Shown: positions 1 through 22,772, counted from the first letter of the stretch. The stretch is 64,000 nt of DNA from Amoebidium appalachense (GCA_963693365.1 CAVNZM010000002.1:10720328-10784327), one strand, 5' to 3'. The notes: generated from the sequence alone by a model not told the origin. Numbers and translations: made by a program.

Positions 1-19
1 CACCCTCCACACCCACACA

Positions 20-8734
<8,715 letters not shown>

Positions 8735-9360
8735 GGGCCTTTTCAAGGCCGGCACCTACCGCCTGCTGCCTGGTGCGTGTGCAGACTTTGCGCGGGTGCA
8801 TGCGGCACGTGCAGGTCAATGCATACAGCACCCCGCCTCACTCTGCCCCAGCTACGGTTCCTGGCACGCCCTGACTGCACACCCTCTGGCCCTAAGAGTG
8901 AGCCAAAAACACAGCCTGGCACCAAAACCACCTGAACAGTCCTTAAACACGGATACTTCTAAACAAGAGGGTCACTCGGACTCCTGAAGTCATAAACAGG
9001 TGATACGGGCTAGCTCAATATGTATACAAGCTACCTCTATGTATGTGAGCCACCTCTTTGTATGAGCTACCACTGTTGAGCTACCTCTATATGTATGTGA
9101 GCTCAGTACCTCTACTATGTATCATACCTCTACGGTATGTTGGGGAATGAATGAGGAATAAAAAAATTGACCGACAGTCCCCCTTACACTTACACGTGAC
9201 CTACGATTGGCTCAATAAAAAGGTTACCCACGCTCATTGGTTCATTGCGCATCACCTCAATCCCCCCAACCATAAACTGCCCGAGGCAGAAGTTCATTTT
9301 TTTTTTTGCTGGTCTCCATAGTCTCCGTACGCACAGGGCAACGTTCAGTTCGAGCCCCAT

Positions 9361-9892
9361 GTCTGTATATTACAATGATTCACATTCAATGCTTTGTTTT
9401 GTCTGTATTTTACAATGATCCACATTCAATGCTTTGTTTTGTCTGTATTTTACAATGATTCACATTCAATGCTTTGTTTTGTCTGTACAGTATGCGTCCA
9501 CGCATAATATACCGCCCCGACAAGGGTCGAGGTCGTTATGTTAAATTTTAATTAGTATCTAAAAATAGGCTCCCAGAGCCCGTCTCGATTATGTTACCCC
9601 CCCCCCCCCCCCCCCCCCGCCCGCCCGCCCGCCCGCCCTCCCGCCCGCCCAGGAGGCCACACTGGGCCTCTCCATCGGGCGGGGAATCCGCAAACCGCTA
9701 TATGACATAAATATAGTAGTAAACAAATAATAAATTGATCAAATGAATGAATAAACAAAGAATACTTATACTAGTTCCTTTTTGAGATGGTGAAAAAAAA
9801 AAAAGGGAAATTCGGGGAAAAAAAAAAAACTTTGAAAAAAAAAAAAAAAAAAAAAGAAGCTGAAAGCGTGAAAGCCTATGTGTGTGTGTGTG

Positions 9893-9977
<85 letters not shown>

Positions 9978-10155
9978 AAATCTAAATCAATACTTGAAAG
10001 TCTAGCATTTAGTACATCAAGTCCCCCCCCCCCACCCCCCCCTCCCCTCCTCCCCAACCCGCTAAATAAGTAAATATAGAGGAAATCAATAAGTATTTGA
10101 TTCAAATAATAATAAAAACATACTAATTTTTTTCAAGGGGACCAAACCAAAAAAG

Positions 10156-10189
<34 letters not shown>

Positions 10190-11332
10190 CAACTCATACA
10201 AACAAGGACGTACTAGTCTTTCTGCTCCCTCACACCTTACTCTCACACCACGAATTTGGCACCACACGCCTACACGAGTAAGAGGCAACCCCTCCCCCTT
10301 CGCCTCATACAAATCCGTATTCAGGGTTTCATCAAGCTCCAAACCATTACCGTAACTCACACGGAAAAGACTCAGCGATTCCGCGCGTGTGGGGGCTCTG
10401 CGGCTCTCTAAACTTTCCATGTGCGAGCGCAATTATTGTGCTTTTGCCGTTTCGGCTTGTGCAATTGCACGTGTGGTTGCGTTGTTGATTGTGTTGTTTG
10501 CGTTTACAAAACCCTCAGAAATGATTGCTTGGGCTTCTTGGGTAGTTTCCTGAAACTTGTCTGTGGCCTCATTTACTGTGTGCAGTGCACTATTCAACGC
10601 CCCAAGTGCAGCTGCCTGCACCTGGACTACTGGCTTGGTCATGATCGGTGGGTTTAATATGCATTCAACCTGCCTATATGACTAGGATGTAAAAACTAGC
10701 TATACAAGACTGCTTCGAACTAGTTGGGGCCTTCGTATGTTTCTGCTCGTTTATCGACATAGTCGGCCACATGAGTCCTTTGCATACCATGCGATGCATA
10801 TGTGCGGCCGCCGCCTATCATTGGCCCTGGCGAGCTTTGGGCGGTCGTTGAAATCACGGCGAACCACTGTTTTGTCTGGGAAAGAGATCGAAATACTAAA
10901 CATAGGGGGTCTAAACTGACCAGATAAACCCGATAATTCGTCCTACTATGTATAGGACCCCTTGGTGCGCTAACATAATCCCGAAAAATGACCGAGGTCA
11001 GTATGTTAAGATTTTTGAAAATCGGCGTCGACGTTATGTTGTGCGTGGAGTATGTTATGCGTGGACGCATACTGTATTTTACAATGATTCACATTCAATG
11101 CTTTGTTTTGTCTGTATTTTACAATGATTCACATCTTTTACAACGATTCACATTCAATGCTTTGTTTTGTCTGTATTTTACAGTGATTCACATTCAATGC
11201 TTTGTTTTGTCTGTATTGTATACAATGATTCATATTCAATGCTTTGTTTTGTCTGTATTTTACAATGATTCACATTCAATGCTTTGTTTGTCTGTATTTT
11301 ACAATGATTCGAATTCACATTCAATGCTTTGT
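9361..11332. repeat. 40-bp minisatellite (GTCTGTATTTTACAATGATTCACATTCAATGCTTTGTTTT), split by a TIR element
   Basis: Three units at 9361-9487 and about six at 11075-11332. Confidence 0.92.
9488..11074. mobile_element. Non-autonomous Tc1/mariner-like element (1587 bp), 19-bp TIRs starting CAGT, TA TSD
   Basis: CAGTATGCGTCCACGCATA at 9488-9506 and TATGCGTGGACGCATACTG at 11056-11074. TA at 9486-9487 and 11075-11076. Empty site GTCTG-TA-TTTTAC is present in the flanking minisatellite units. Confidence 0.9.
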
Positions 11333-13721
11333 TTGGCACAAGAGTGGAACACGAAGACACCTGCAGCCGCATGCACAGAACATGCACATGGTCAACTAGG
11401 TTGAACCAGCCAACGCTGTGTGTGGTCCTAACGCTCAGGCGCTAGCGCTACCGAAATTGCCTTGGTTAGTTGGCAGATGACTTTGTAACCTCCCAGCCAA
11501 GATAAGATTGACCTCTGCGAGTAAGCATTTCCAGCGACCGGTGCGTTGCGTCTCAACTAACTGCTCCAATCCAATAGGGACAGATAAGACATGCAGTGAG
11601 GATTTGAGAGCAGAAGAGAGCCATCCTACATACACCTGGCCCTGATCATGAGGCAAGGCAACGTCCTCATTCTGTGGCGCCAGTGGCACTGCTTAGTTGC
11701 CATCACCGTATCGGTGTCCCTTCGAGTCATGTAGGGCCACTGGCGGCTACGCTTTGGGATCTGGCGCGTTCATTGGGGTTGTTGTCATGTCCTTGTTTTG
11801 ACAGCAACACGCCATGCATGCATGTGCCATAGATACGGCCGGCCAGCTCTTGCTCTCCTCACGGTGCTTTGGCACCCTCCTACGTTCCTTATTTGGCATT
11901 CAACACATGTATACCTCGGGCAACGGCTAGCACCCCAATAGTTGAACTTAGTAACCAATCGTGAGTCTGTCTGTACCAAGGCCCTTACGCATATATCACT
12001 GCTTTCTGAAAAGACAGTGTATTCAGAGCTATCCAAATCGCCACCTCTGTTGCAACTCTCAAATCGAAAGAATGCCTGTGGCCCATCATCTGTAAGAGAT
12101 CACCAGGCGGCCTGGATAGCAAGCGCAAAGTGTATCCACATGCAGCGGGCCAAGGTGGTTATATGGTGCAATAGCGAGTGGTTGGCCTCACGAGGCCCAG
12201 TTCAGCAAGGCTTCCAAGCTAATACGGTGTGCAAAGTGTGCAGGCAGCCAGGCTTTGTTCCATGGCCAACACGGCCCCATTGGTCACAGATTGATGACAT
12301 GCCCACAACAACCCCTAGGCCGTCAGGGGCGGTGTTTTCTATGCTGTGTCATTTTTAGGCAGACTCGTTCATCGAATCTGACAGATAGACTTGACGGCAC
12401 GTCGTTCAAACCGAGTCCTTTATAATAATTACACTGGATAGGTTGGAGTTAGCATGTGTGTCGGCCAAAAGGCCACCACCTAGCCACCTGTAAATCCCTC
12501 ACGATGTTCATGCCTACTAGTACTACCGGAGTGGGCAAGGCAAAGCCCCCGCGCCACCGTCACATGATATATTGTTGTCAATGGCCTAGTCAGTGCCGAG
12601 TGGCTTGGCGCTATTGTGTCGGTCATTTGTTGCCCACCAGGGGCATAGCTGCACCGCCACACACCACCATGTGCACTCACAGATCTCGACTGATCCAGAA
12701 TGTGTGCATGAGTGCACATGCCATGGCAGACCAAGCCCGGACCCATGGCCAGTGTTGTGCCGTCAGCATGGCCTGTTGATGCAGCCAGCAGCGGTTTCAA
12801 GGCATTGGCCCGTTGACCGCCAATACTCAAAAAGGTAGGAATATCCATTGTCTGTCCTGCCTTCGGGCAAACACATGGGGTGTGGCTTTCAGGGCCTGCA
12901 GCAGTATAAGGCTGCATGATGCAGGAAGGAGAAAGACATCATTGGACCGCCAGTGTAGTGAGCATCAAGCTTGCAAGATGTGGTTGCTTCGTTTCCATCT
13001 TTGCCTTGTTGTCGTAATACACGGTCCTATAATATCAATGCCCACAACATATGGGTCGTTGCACAGGTGTCCCACTTGCGCTCAAGGATCAACAAGAAAA
13101 TAACCCCATTGCATCAATATTCCCTTTCTTGCCCATCCCTTTTCGTTTTTGCTCTCTGTCCTCCGCCCCTTCCCTTGCCAAATTACAGACAAACCCTGCC
13201 AACATGCTGGATTGGCTTGCCACCTGCTTTTGTGCACTTAATACTTACAATTTGGTCACAAATTTAATTCCTAAATACGATCACTAACATGATGCACCTC
13301 AGAAAAATACTTACTCGGATCGAACTTCGATTGAAATTTATGGCTGTCTTATCCTTATTGTTGCTAACTATAAACCAGGGTGTGTGGGGTCGGGGAGGGG
13401 GAGGGGATTCCACAAGCTCCGACAACACTAGTTGGTGGTTAAGAATGTCAACATGGACAGGTGCACTTATTTCTTTTCCATCCTGGCCGTAGTCCAACCC
13501 ATGGCCCAGACATTGGATTTGCTTCGGGGTGTGTTGAGGGAGGAGTTTGTGGCATGCAGGAAGCAAGGCATGGCCCTCATATCTTCAACACATTCGGCTA
13601 GACACATACGGGTGCACACATTCAATTGCCTCTACTAAATTAGGAATCCCTGACACAACATAATCTCGCAGCCACGACACGGGCCATGTACGCTAACATG
13701 CCGGCACAGGCCAGGGGGCAG

Positions 13722-13849
13722 CTATGACCACGTGCTGGCCAGGGCCACCAGGGTAGCCACGATGTCTGGGTCGGCAATGGTAGACGTGTCCCCGAGGCTG
13801 CCGGCCTGCACCCCCCCCCGGTTAGCCTGTGAAATAAATGGGCCCATGG

Positions 13850-13907
<58 letters not shown>

Positions 13908-15961
13908 GCTGGCACCTGGCCCATGGCTATCTTGCGCAGGATGCGCCGCATGGTCTTTCCCGACCGTGTCTTGGGCAGCCCCGGCACGGCCCTGATGATG
14001 TCTGGCGCAGCAAACGACCCCACCATGGCCCGCACCAGCCCCCTGAGCTCCTGCTCCAGCCCTGGCCCACAGTCAGCAAAGCCCGGGCTACGGCCGGCGC
14101 ACCGTGGCGGCATACCTGGGGAGAGGGCCGGGGAGTCTGCATGCAGCACCACGTAGGCCTGGATGGAGCCACCCTTGATGGTGTGGGGCACCTCCACGGC
14201 TGCGGCCTCGGCCACAGCAGGGTGGCTGGCCAGGGCGCTCTCAACCTGCCCCACTGTCAGCACCCCGCACACCCAGGCCCCCACAAGACCCACCCACCTC
14301 GGCCGTGCCTATGCGGTGGCCCGACACACTCATGACGTCATCCATGCGCCCCGTCACCCACAGGTAGCCGTCCTTGTCCCGGTGGCCCCCTGAGCCCCCC
14401 CCCCCCGCCCCCCAATATCAGCCCCTGAGCCCCAGCTGCCAGTACCGGGAATGCACGCATCGCACCGTCGCCCGTGCTGTAGAAGCCGGGGAACTCGCTG
14501 AAGTAGGCCTTCTCGAAGCGCTCCTGGTCCCCATACAGTCCCCGCAGCATGCCCGGCCACGGCCGCCGGAACACAATGTAGCCTTCACCTACCCCCGTCA
14601 CCTCCTTGCCCTGTCCCCCCCGTCAGCCCTGAATTCTCCCCCCCCCCCCCCCCCCCCCCCTTCACACACACACAGTGCATTCACATACGTCCTTGTCCAG
14701 CAGGGCCCAGTCAACGCCAAAGAACGGTGTGGCACAGGCTCCGGGCTTCATGGGGATGGCGCCAGGCAGGGGGGTCATCACATGGCCCCCTGTGTGGGGG
14801 GTCAGACACCATGCTGCCTCGTGCCCGGCCATGGCAGCCCATGCACACCGACCTGTCTCTGTCTGCCAGTAGGTGTCCACCACCGCACAGTGGCCCTGGC
14901 CCACCACGGTGTAGTACCACAGCCATGCGTCCCGGTTGATGGGCTCCCCCACAGACCCCAGCACCCGTAGCTTGCCGAGATTGTGCCTGTGCCGGCCGTC
15001 AGCATCCACACAGCCTCTGGCCTGATCCGTGAGGGATCCTACCGTGCCACCCAGTGGTCCCCGTGGCGCATAAGTGCCCGGATGGCGGTCGGGGCCGTGT
15101 AGAACTGGGTGACGTCATACTTTGCACACACGGCCCAGAAGCGCCCGGCATCCGGGTATGTGGGCACGCCCTCAAACAGCACACTGGTAGCCCCGGCCAG
15201 CAGCGGCCCATAGACTGCACCCATGGTCAGCAACATCACATGGTCTGCCTGCACCCAGGGCCCCAACCTACCGATATACGAGTGGCCGGTGATCCAGCCC
15301 AGGTCGGCCGTGCACCAGTAGACGTCCCCAGGCCGGTAGTCGAAGACATACCTGAATGTGGTGGCCGCATAGACCATGTAGCCCCCCACCGTGTGCACCA
15401 CCCCCTTGGGTCGCCCCGTGGACCCGCTGCCAAGCCTTGCTCAGCCCCCTGCCCCCTTCCCCCCCCCCCCCCCCCCCCCCAAGCCAAGCAAGTGGCACAC
15501 CTTGTGTACAGCATGAAGAGGGGGTCCTCTGAGTCGCACCACACGGGGGGGCAGTGTGTGTCTGCTGCGGCCAGCAGCTCGTGCCACCAGAGAATAGGGC
15601 CGGGCAGGCCATCGGGCATGGGCTGGGCCGGGCTGCAGCGCACCAGCAGCACGTGGGGCACGGCGTAACCCTCCTGCTGGCACAGCTGCAGCGCACTGGC
15701 CGCTATGCGCCCCAGCTCGATCAGCTTGGGCCCCCGCTGCACGGCGTCTGTGCACCCCTGTTAGTTGCAACCCTGCCTGTGCCGGCCAGGCGGAGGAAAC
15801 CCACCACACGTGACCAGCACTTTGGCTCTGCTGTCCAGCAGCCGGTCGGCCAGCGCCTTCGACGAGAACCCCCCAAACTGCAGCCCTGCTGTCACTGCAC
15901 TGCTGGTAGCCGCGGTGGTGGTGGTGGTGGTGGTGGTGGTGGTGGTGGTGGTGGTGGTGGT

Positions 15962-15995
<34 letters not shown>

Positions 15996-16007
15996 TGTGT
16001 GTGTGTC

Positions 16008-16085
<78 letters not shown>

Positions 16086-17179
16086 CGTGTGTGGGTGTGT
16101 TTGTGTGTTGGGGGAGGGGGGGGGAGGGGGGGGGGGTCCACGTACTACAACGGTGTGGACGGCGCCAATGCGTGCACAGGCCAGCATGGCCACGACCTGG
16201 TCCATGACCATGGGCAGGTACAGCGCCACCCGGTCCCCTTTGCTCACCCCCAGCCCCAGCAGCACGTTTGCTGCCCGGCACACCTGCTCTTGCAGCTCAC
16301 AGTAGCTGCTCTGCGACTGCCGCCCCGGCTCGTTGCCCTCCCTGCAAGCCCCGTCAGTGCCCACACGGCTGGGGCCCAGGCAGGCCCAGGGCCACCCACC
16401 ACAGAAAGGCCGTGCGCTGGCCGTGGCCGGCCTCGACGTGCCGGTCCACGGCATTGTAGCACACGTTGGTGCGGCCCCCCACAAACCAGCGGATGTATAC
16501 TGGCCCCTGTCCAGGGTGGAAGTTGTAGGACACCGTGCTCTGCCAAGCCTGTGAACGGCACGCACGGTCAGCTTACACCAGCAACCGTGCAGTACCGTGG
16601 TAGAGAACATTAAATAAAAAATATAATATAAAATAAAAAACTTCATGTGCCTTTCGTTGCATGACTTCCTGGAAATCTTTCTTTCTGCATGAGGACAAGC
16701 GGTTGTAAAGGGGTATTTCAGTCTAAGGTTGGCTGGGACTTGCACCCACTGGCAGATATATGGGCATGTGTTGTGTTTTTTTTTTTGTTTTTTTTTTTGT
16801 GTGTGTCTGTGTATGTGTGTGTGGGTGGATGGGTGGGTGGGTGGGCGTGCGTGCGTGCAAACAAGTGCCAACGACTTCTTGATGTTGCGCAGCCGGAGCC
16901 GGCTGGCCGCAAGAGACAAAGAGAAGCAATATTCAGAGGATCCAACCAGATAACAGTTCTCTCTTTCACCTTCTTTTTAATGCAGGTAGAAAAATGGTCA
17001 TAGTTGCACCGCTTGTCCTTTGCACTTACATATTCCCAGAAGAACTCGCTTGCAATCTGGCCCCAGAACGCGTCGGGATCGCGAAGCGACTGCTGCCACA
17101 TGTCTTCATACTGAGCTTTGGATGAGCACAGGGCTCCGGCAAAACGGTCTGGCACAGCATAGACCTCCTCCCCCTCCAT
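13722..17179 (-). CDS. acs: Acetyl-CoA synthetase (AMP-forming), multi-exon
   Basis: Exons encode [110 protein letters not shown] and [18 protein letters not shown] (acetylation-site lysine motif). Stop TAG at 13722-13724. Confidence 0.95.
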
Positions 17180-17634
17180 GTTGCCGTGGGTCTGCTTGTC
17201 TGTTGCTGTGCTCTCTTTGTGCCTGCCTGTTGCTGTACTCTCTCTGTGCGTGGTCTGATTCCCTCGGCTTGACAACGTGGCTGTGTGTTTATGTGTGCCT
17301 GGGCACTCTCCGATTGTCTCTGCTGCAGATCTGCCGTAGATATCCCGCCTTCACACCCTATTTCCTGCCCCTGCAGCCTTCTCCGTTTCTGTGTCTCGCC
17401 TTGACCGTGTGTGTGCCAAATGGAGCACCTTGTGGCCGTAACTGTGGTTGCTGTCTTCGTGCTGCCTGGCACTTCGCCCCTTGCCTCTTTGCCTGAATGT
17501 GATTTTCAGTCTGGTCTGTGAGGATCTTATTCTGCTCCGATGTTTTCAGTCTGTGCAATGGTCGTTTCTGCTCCGTTGTTTTCAGTCTGGGCTATAAATG
17601 TCGGTTCTGCTGCTATGTTTTGAGTCTGATTTGA

Positions 17635-17762
17635 GTTACCTTTCTATGCTCTCAATCTGGTCTGTAATTACCTTTCTATGTTCTCAGTCTGGTCTGTAGT
17701 TACCTTTCTATGTTCTCAGTCTGGTCTGTAGTTACCTTTCTATGTTCTCAGTCTGGTCTGTA
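17635..17762. repeat. 31-bp tandem repeat (TTACCTTTCTATGTTCTCAGTCTGGTCTGTA), about 4 copies, in the divergent acs/KICS2 intergenic region
   Basis: Direct inspection; degenerate units extend left to ~17500. Confidence 0.8.
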
Positions 17763-17835
17763 AACGTATTGCCTTTCTTGTGTGGCCTGTGTAATAATTC
17801 TGCAAGTGTCGTTACCCCATTAGTACGAAAAATTA

Positions 17836-18224
17836 TGACGCTGATGGGCCACGCTTCCCATCGCCGCGTGATCATCTTTGCGAGTCTAGGGGGTCGTGAT
17901 GCGCCATCGGCGAATGAAATCATTTCGCGCCTGAGCCAGGCTCAGCCAGCAGTGCCATGTGTGCCAATCAGATGCGCCCAGCCCCTGGCCTTTTGAACCC
18001 ACCGAAACCTCGGGTGTACGAAGTGGGCCGCCCAGCCATGCTGCCACTGACTGTGTGCTGCCGCAGGCACGGTGTGCATGGTTCCCCTTGAAGTTGTACA
18101 TAGTCCTACATCCTGCACTAGGCCTGCGCAAGTGTCATGCCGGCCAGGCACCCCGAAAGGCACAGTGTGGCCAACTGTCAGCCCACCCACTATGACGTCG
18201 AATAGGCAGCCCTCTAAGTAAAGA

Positions 18225-18268
<44 letters not shown>

Positions 18269-19293
18269 AAAAAAAAAAAAAAAAAAGGACTCAGCCTGAC
18301 GGTAATGCAGTACGGGCCCAGGGGGGTCGGAGGGCGACAGTCTTAGCGAGCTGCTGGGCCGCACCGTGGGCTGGCTTGCCGCCTGCAAGTTCAGCGACGC
18401 CGTCACAAACCTGCGCGTGGCCGCTGCAGAGGTGCCGGCTGCCCGCCGGCCTGGGGACGGGCCACGGGGGAGGGGGGTGGCGGGGCTGACACGGGTTGGC
18501 AGGCACGGCGGCGGGCGGGGGGGCTGGTGATGGGGCACACGGTCACGGTGCTGCAGCACCTGACCGCCCTGCTGCACTTCTACTGCTCGCTGAGCTTTGT
18601 CAGCAAGAAGCCGCGCTTTAGAACCTTTGTGCGCCCCCCCCCTCTCTCTCCTCTCGGCCTGCTGATCGGATCGGACGTGCACTCTCTTTCCTCCTACCCT
18701 TCTTCGGGTTTTCTTTTCTATAGTCATGGTCCATCACTTTATTGATCAGTGTCATAGCAACATGCTTCGTGCATCGTGTGTGTTTTTGTGTGTGTATGCT
18801 CGTGTTTTTCACCTCCCGTACATAGGGCACTGTCCCCGCCCCTCTTGCCCTCTTGGCTTCTTGCTTCTTCTTTCACCACTGCACACCACGCTTCCTTACC
18901 CCTGCTGCTTGCACCCTGTGCCCTTTTACTCTGCGGCCCACACCTCTCCTTGCTGCCTTCCACCGGGCACCTCTCGTCTTCCCCTGTCCCCACCAGGGCC
19001 TGCTGTGTGCTGAGGCCGGGTCTGCAGGGGCCCAGCCAGGTGGACCGTGTGCGGGAGCTGGTGGTGGCCACCCGGGAGGCCATCCGCAGCCACCCGGCCA
19101 GCCCCGAGCTGCAGGCGCTGGACACGGCCCTGGGCGCTCTGGTGGCCTACGTGGCCACCTTCCGCCCCGCCATGGACGTATATCCACCTGCCCTGCAAGT
19201 GCAGCGGCTCCTCGCATATGTGTGCGCCTGTGTGTCCCACTATGTGTGTTTGGCACACCCAAGCCACCACGTTGCCCCCCTCCCCCTCCCCCC

Positions 19294-19341
<48 letters not shown>

Positions 19342-20519
19342 CCACACACACACAAATACACGGACACGGGGGCATTAACATCCCAACCAACCCCCATCAC
19401 CACCACCCACCCATCCCCCTCATTGCCACCACACTGCCCCTTTCCACACGCTGTTAGGCCTGTGTGTGCTCCTTGACCCCCACACGTACGTCAAGCTGGC
19501 TCACGGGCGGGCCAGCAGCAGCACGTACGGGGAAGCCGCCCACGAGGCCGGGCAGGTGCTGGCCATGCTCAAGGCCATCCCCCCCGGACCGCTGGACCCC
19601 CTGGTGGCTGTGCGCAGGTGGGCAGCCCGCTGGGCCTGGCCGGGGCGCAGCTGACGGCTGGGGCACAGGCACGAGCTGCAGGTGCTGCGGCTGCTGCTGG
19701 CAGGGCACGGGCGCGTTGAGGCCCATGTCTTCCTGGACGCCACGCTGGGCCTGGCCAGGGCCCACAGCACCCTGCAGGCCTGGACCGCCCTGGCCCCCCC
19801 GCAGGGCGGGCCTGACACCGGCAGCAACCACGTGCAGGGGTGGCTGGGCGAGCTGCTGGGGCTGCTGGGGGCCAAGCACAGCCTCTACTTCCACGCCCTG
19901 CTGGCCGGCCTGCGCCCCGCAGACACAGCCCCACCGGGCACCCGCTGGCCCCACGACCACGTGCGCAGGTACGGGCCTCATATATGCCCAAATAAGGCAG
20001 GTGGAGGGCTGGACCTAAAGCCTCGTACACGGAGAAGTAAAGAAAGGGAAGGTTTAGGCTCTCGGGAACATAGGGGATAGGTGCATCAGTAGTGGCAGAA
20101 GGGCACTGTTAGCGGCACCAGCCACCAGGAGGTGTGACCAGCCAAGAACCAGCACGCTTGGGGCTGTGTTTCCACACTGGATGGCTCGTGTGCAACACAC
20201 GTTGAGTATGGCTGCAGAGTAGGAAAGGCTTGGTCTCGACAGACCCGGGGCAGGGAGAAGGATTCATGCTCTCTGCGACTCTGTGCCAGCACCATAATTG
20301 GCCACTAGTGCGCCTGGACACATAGTGCCAGCACCATAATTGGCCACTAGTGCGCCTGTACACATAGTGCCAGCGCCATAATTGGCCACTAGTGCGCCTG
20401 GACACATAGTGGGGGTGTGCTGACTGCGGGGCAGCATCGAGCAGTTCTGCCGCCGCAACGAGGGTGCCATAGTCAGCCTGCTCTTCAACGCCCGCCACAC
20501 ACCCTTCAGCCCTACAGGG

Positions 20520-20558
<39 letters not shown>

Positions 20559-21199
20559 GGGGCCATCTCCTGCAGTGGCGCTAACCCCCCTTCCCAGCTA
20601 TCAGCTGCCCGGGCCCATGCCGCAGCTAGACGGGCTGGCGTCTGTGCCAGTCTTCTTTTCGTGGCCAAAGGCACGTGCAGTGGCCGGCAGACGGGGGGGG
20701 AAGGGAGGGGGAGGGAGGGGGTTGCTGAAGGGGTGTGTGTAGGAGCTGGGGCGCAAGCAGCAGATCAACGTGGTGGTGCTCGTGCTGGACGGATGGCCGA
20801 GGATGGCCCAGACTGGCCGCACCGAGTATCTGCGGTATGCAACACCCCCCCCCCCGCCTCCTCCCTCCCCCCACCCCCCACCACCACCACCACCCACCCA
20901 CCCCCACCTGGCCCAGGGGCCTCTGACACCCTTCTTGTGCAGGGACGATCTTGGGCCGGCCAGCACTCACTATGTGGCCGCAATTGATGCAAACGTCTGC
21001 CTGGCCGTGACCCAGATGGCCCGCCGGCCCCCAGACGACCCCGCCACCACCGCCTTCATGGCCGGTATGGCCCCCCCCAGAGCACACACTGGCAGGGGGC
21101 CTGGCCTGGGGCCTGTATTTAAACATGGACGGGCCGGGCGGCTGTGCAGAGCTGCTGGGGCTGCTGCGGCCGGCGGGGCTGGTGGGGTGGGGCAAGTAG
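17836..21199 (+). CDS. KICS2: KICSTOR complex subunit 2 (C12orf66)-like protein, multi-exon; start uncertain
   Basis: Exons encode WLGELLGLLGAKHSLYFHALL, DHVRSIEQFCRRNEGAIVSLLFNAR, INVVVLVL and STHYVAAIDANVCLAV...DDPATTAFMAELLGLLR, matching my recollection of the C12orf66 family pattern (AKFSFYFH, VSLIFD, PNVIMI, STYFL). Confidence 0.65.
20283..20410. repeat. 42-bp tandem repeat x3 (GTGCCAGCACCATAATTGGCCACTAGTGCGCCTGGACACATA), intronic
   Basis: Direct inspection. Confidence 0.85.
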
Positions 21200-22772
21200 C
21201 TACGGGCGCGGCGGGTAGACGTACAGCTCCACCAAGCGCAGGTACAGCCGCTGGTCGGCCGGGTTGCGGCGGAAGCCCAGGTACAGGTCTGTCTTGCCGT
21301 ATGTCTCGCGCTTGCTCTGGTACACCTGCACGCCGTCGGCGCGGCTGTAGACCGTGTTGGCTATGTTGCTGGCCTTGACGTCCTTCTTGCTGTGCACCAC
21401 GGCCACCATGGGCCCCTGCCTGTGCGTGCACTTCTTGTCCTTGTGAGCCAGCGGCGCCGCCTTGATGTGGAAGCTCACCGTGCCCTTCTCGCCCACCCCG
21501 AGGAACGGTGTCTCCTGTGCCCCCCCCCCCCCAGTCAGCCCCGTGGCCGGCCCCGGGCAAGCAGGCAGTAAAGCCAGCGGGGTGCCTACGGGCAGCTTGC
21601 GCACAAAGCTGTCGAAGCTGAGCACGGTTGACCGGCCCCCGCTGAGGTGCCGCGCAAACCACTCGTCCCCCAGGGAGCCCGGCACCAGGCCGTCACGCAC
21701 AAAGGCCACATAGTAGGCCCCGCGCTCCTTGGAGTATTTGGGCGTGAACCGCACCTGCACGCTGCAGCCCCCCGTCAGTCCCTGCCCTGCTGCCCCCACC
21801 ACCCACCCAGCCGTGCACTGGGTGGGTGCCCACCGCCCAACCAACCGTGCACGGGGTGGGCCCAGTGTGTGTGTGCGCGCTAGTCTGTGACCGTGCACAG
21901 CGCCCTGCCCGTGCACCCGTGCAGTCACACCGAGTGTTACTGGCCTGTGCATACACCCGTGTGCATGCGTAAGAGAGGTGTGTGTGTGTGCGTGCGTGCG
22001 GGGGGGAAGGGGGGGGGGGGGGGGGGGGGGGGGGGTTGTGTGCATGCAGGTTAGTGTGTGTGTGTGTGTGTGCGTGTATGTGCACCAGCACGCGTGCGCA
22101 TGTGTGTGTGTGGGCGCGCACCCACCCACACCTTGTGTGTGTGCAAGTGTGGCCTCTGTGTTTCATGTGAGCCTCGTAAGAGTGCACCCCTGCACACAAG
22201 CATGGTGCGTTATGGTTATCTGTATGTGTGTGTGTGTGCACTTACGGCTGGCTGTGTGCTGTATATGTGTGTGTGTGTGTGTACCTCTTTTTGTCGGAAT
22301 TAGAAACCTCTATTGTCCACTCGTTGTCAGCAGGGGCACTGATAGCAAACTGGCGGAACTTGACCGTGTCACGATCATCTATAGACGGACACTCGGCCCT
22401 TTTGGCCGAAGGTGCTGCCTGCCCGCTCTGTCAGTCCCCCCAGCGTCTCCCCCCCCCCCCCCCCCCCCCCCCCCTTCCGCCGCACCCACGCACCTCTTCC
22501 TCGCTCTCTGGCTGTGGGTCTGGCCTGCGTGGCCGCTTGACGCTGGTCTCCGGCTTGTCAGCTGGGCGCGGCTCTCGCGGCTCTGCCGGGCGCTTCTCGC
22601 GGCTGGGGGGCAGCTGGCGCGGCAGAGGGGGCGGGAGGTCTGTGAGGGCCGGCAGCAGCGGGCCGGCCGTGTGTGCGGCCAGCAGGCCCTGCAGGTACGA
22701 CACGCGCTTCTCCAGGTCCAGCACCTTGCCCGCCAGCTCTACGCACCGCGCACACTTGCCCTTGTCCCCCAT
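21200..22772 (-). CDS. Multi-exon hypothetical protein (N-terminal CxxC plus short coiled coil, Pro-rich linker, globular C-terminal domain)
   Basis: GC3-rich exons MGDKGKCARCVELAGKVLDLEKRVSYLQGLL..., VRFTPKYSKERGAYYVAFVRDG... and ...TDLYLGFRRNPADQRLYLRLVELYVYPPRP* with GT-AG boundaries. No family recognised. Confidence 0.7.

Noticed and set aside
10433-10435. In-frame TAA as evidence of a TAR=Gln genetic code
   Set aside because: acs, the transposase and other genes end in TAG at the expected positions, and long coding exons have no internal TAA/TAG.
11340-13640. Non-repetitive region with short ORFs, possibly a decayed element
   Set aside because: No recognisable motif or termini in any frame; cannot support a call.
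15441-16919. 492-aa ORF and many other HT/VC/poly-P/poly-G ORFs in the track
   Set aside because: Read-through of (CA)n and poly-C/G introns joined to real exons or antisense shadows; not independent genes.
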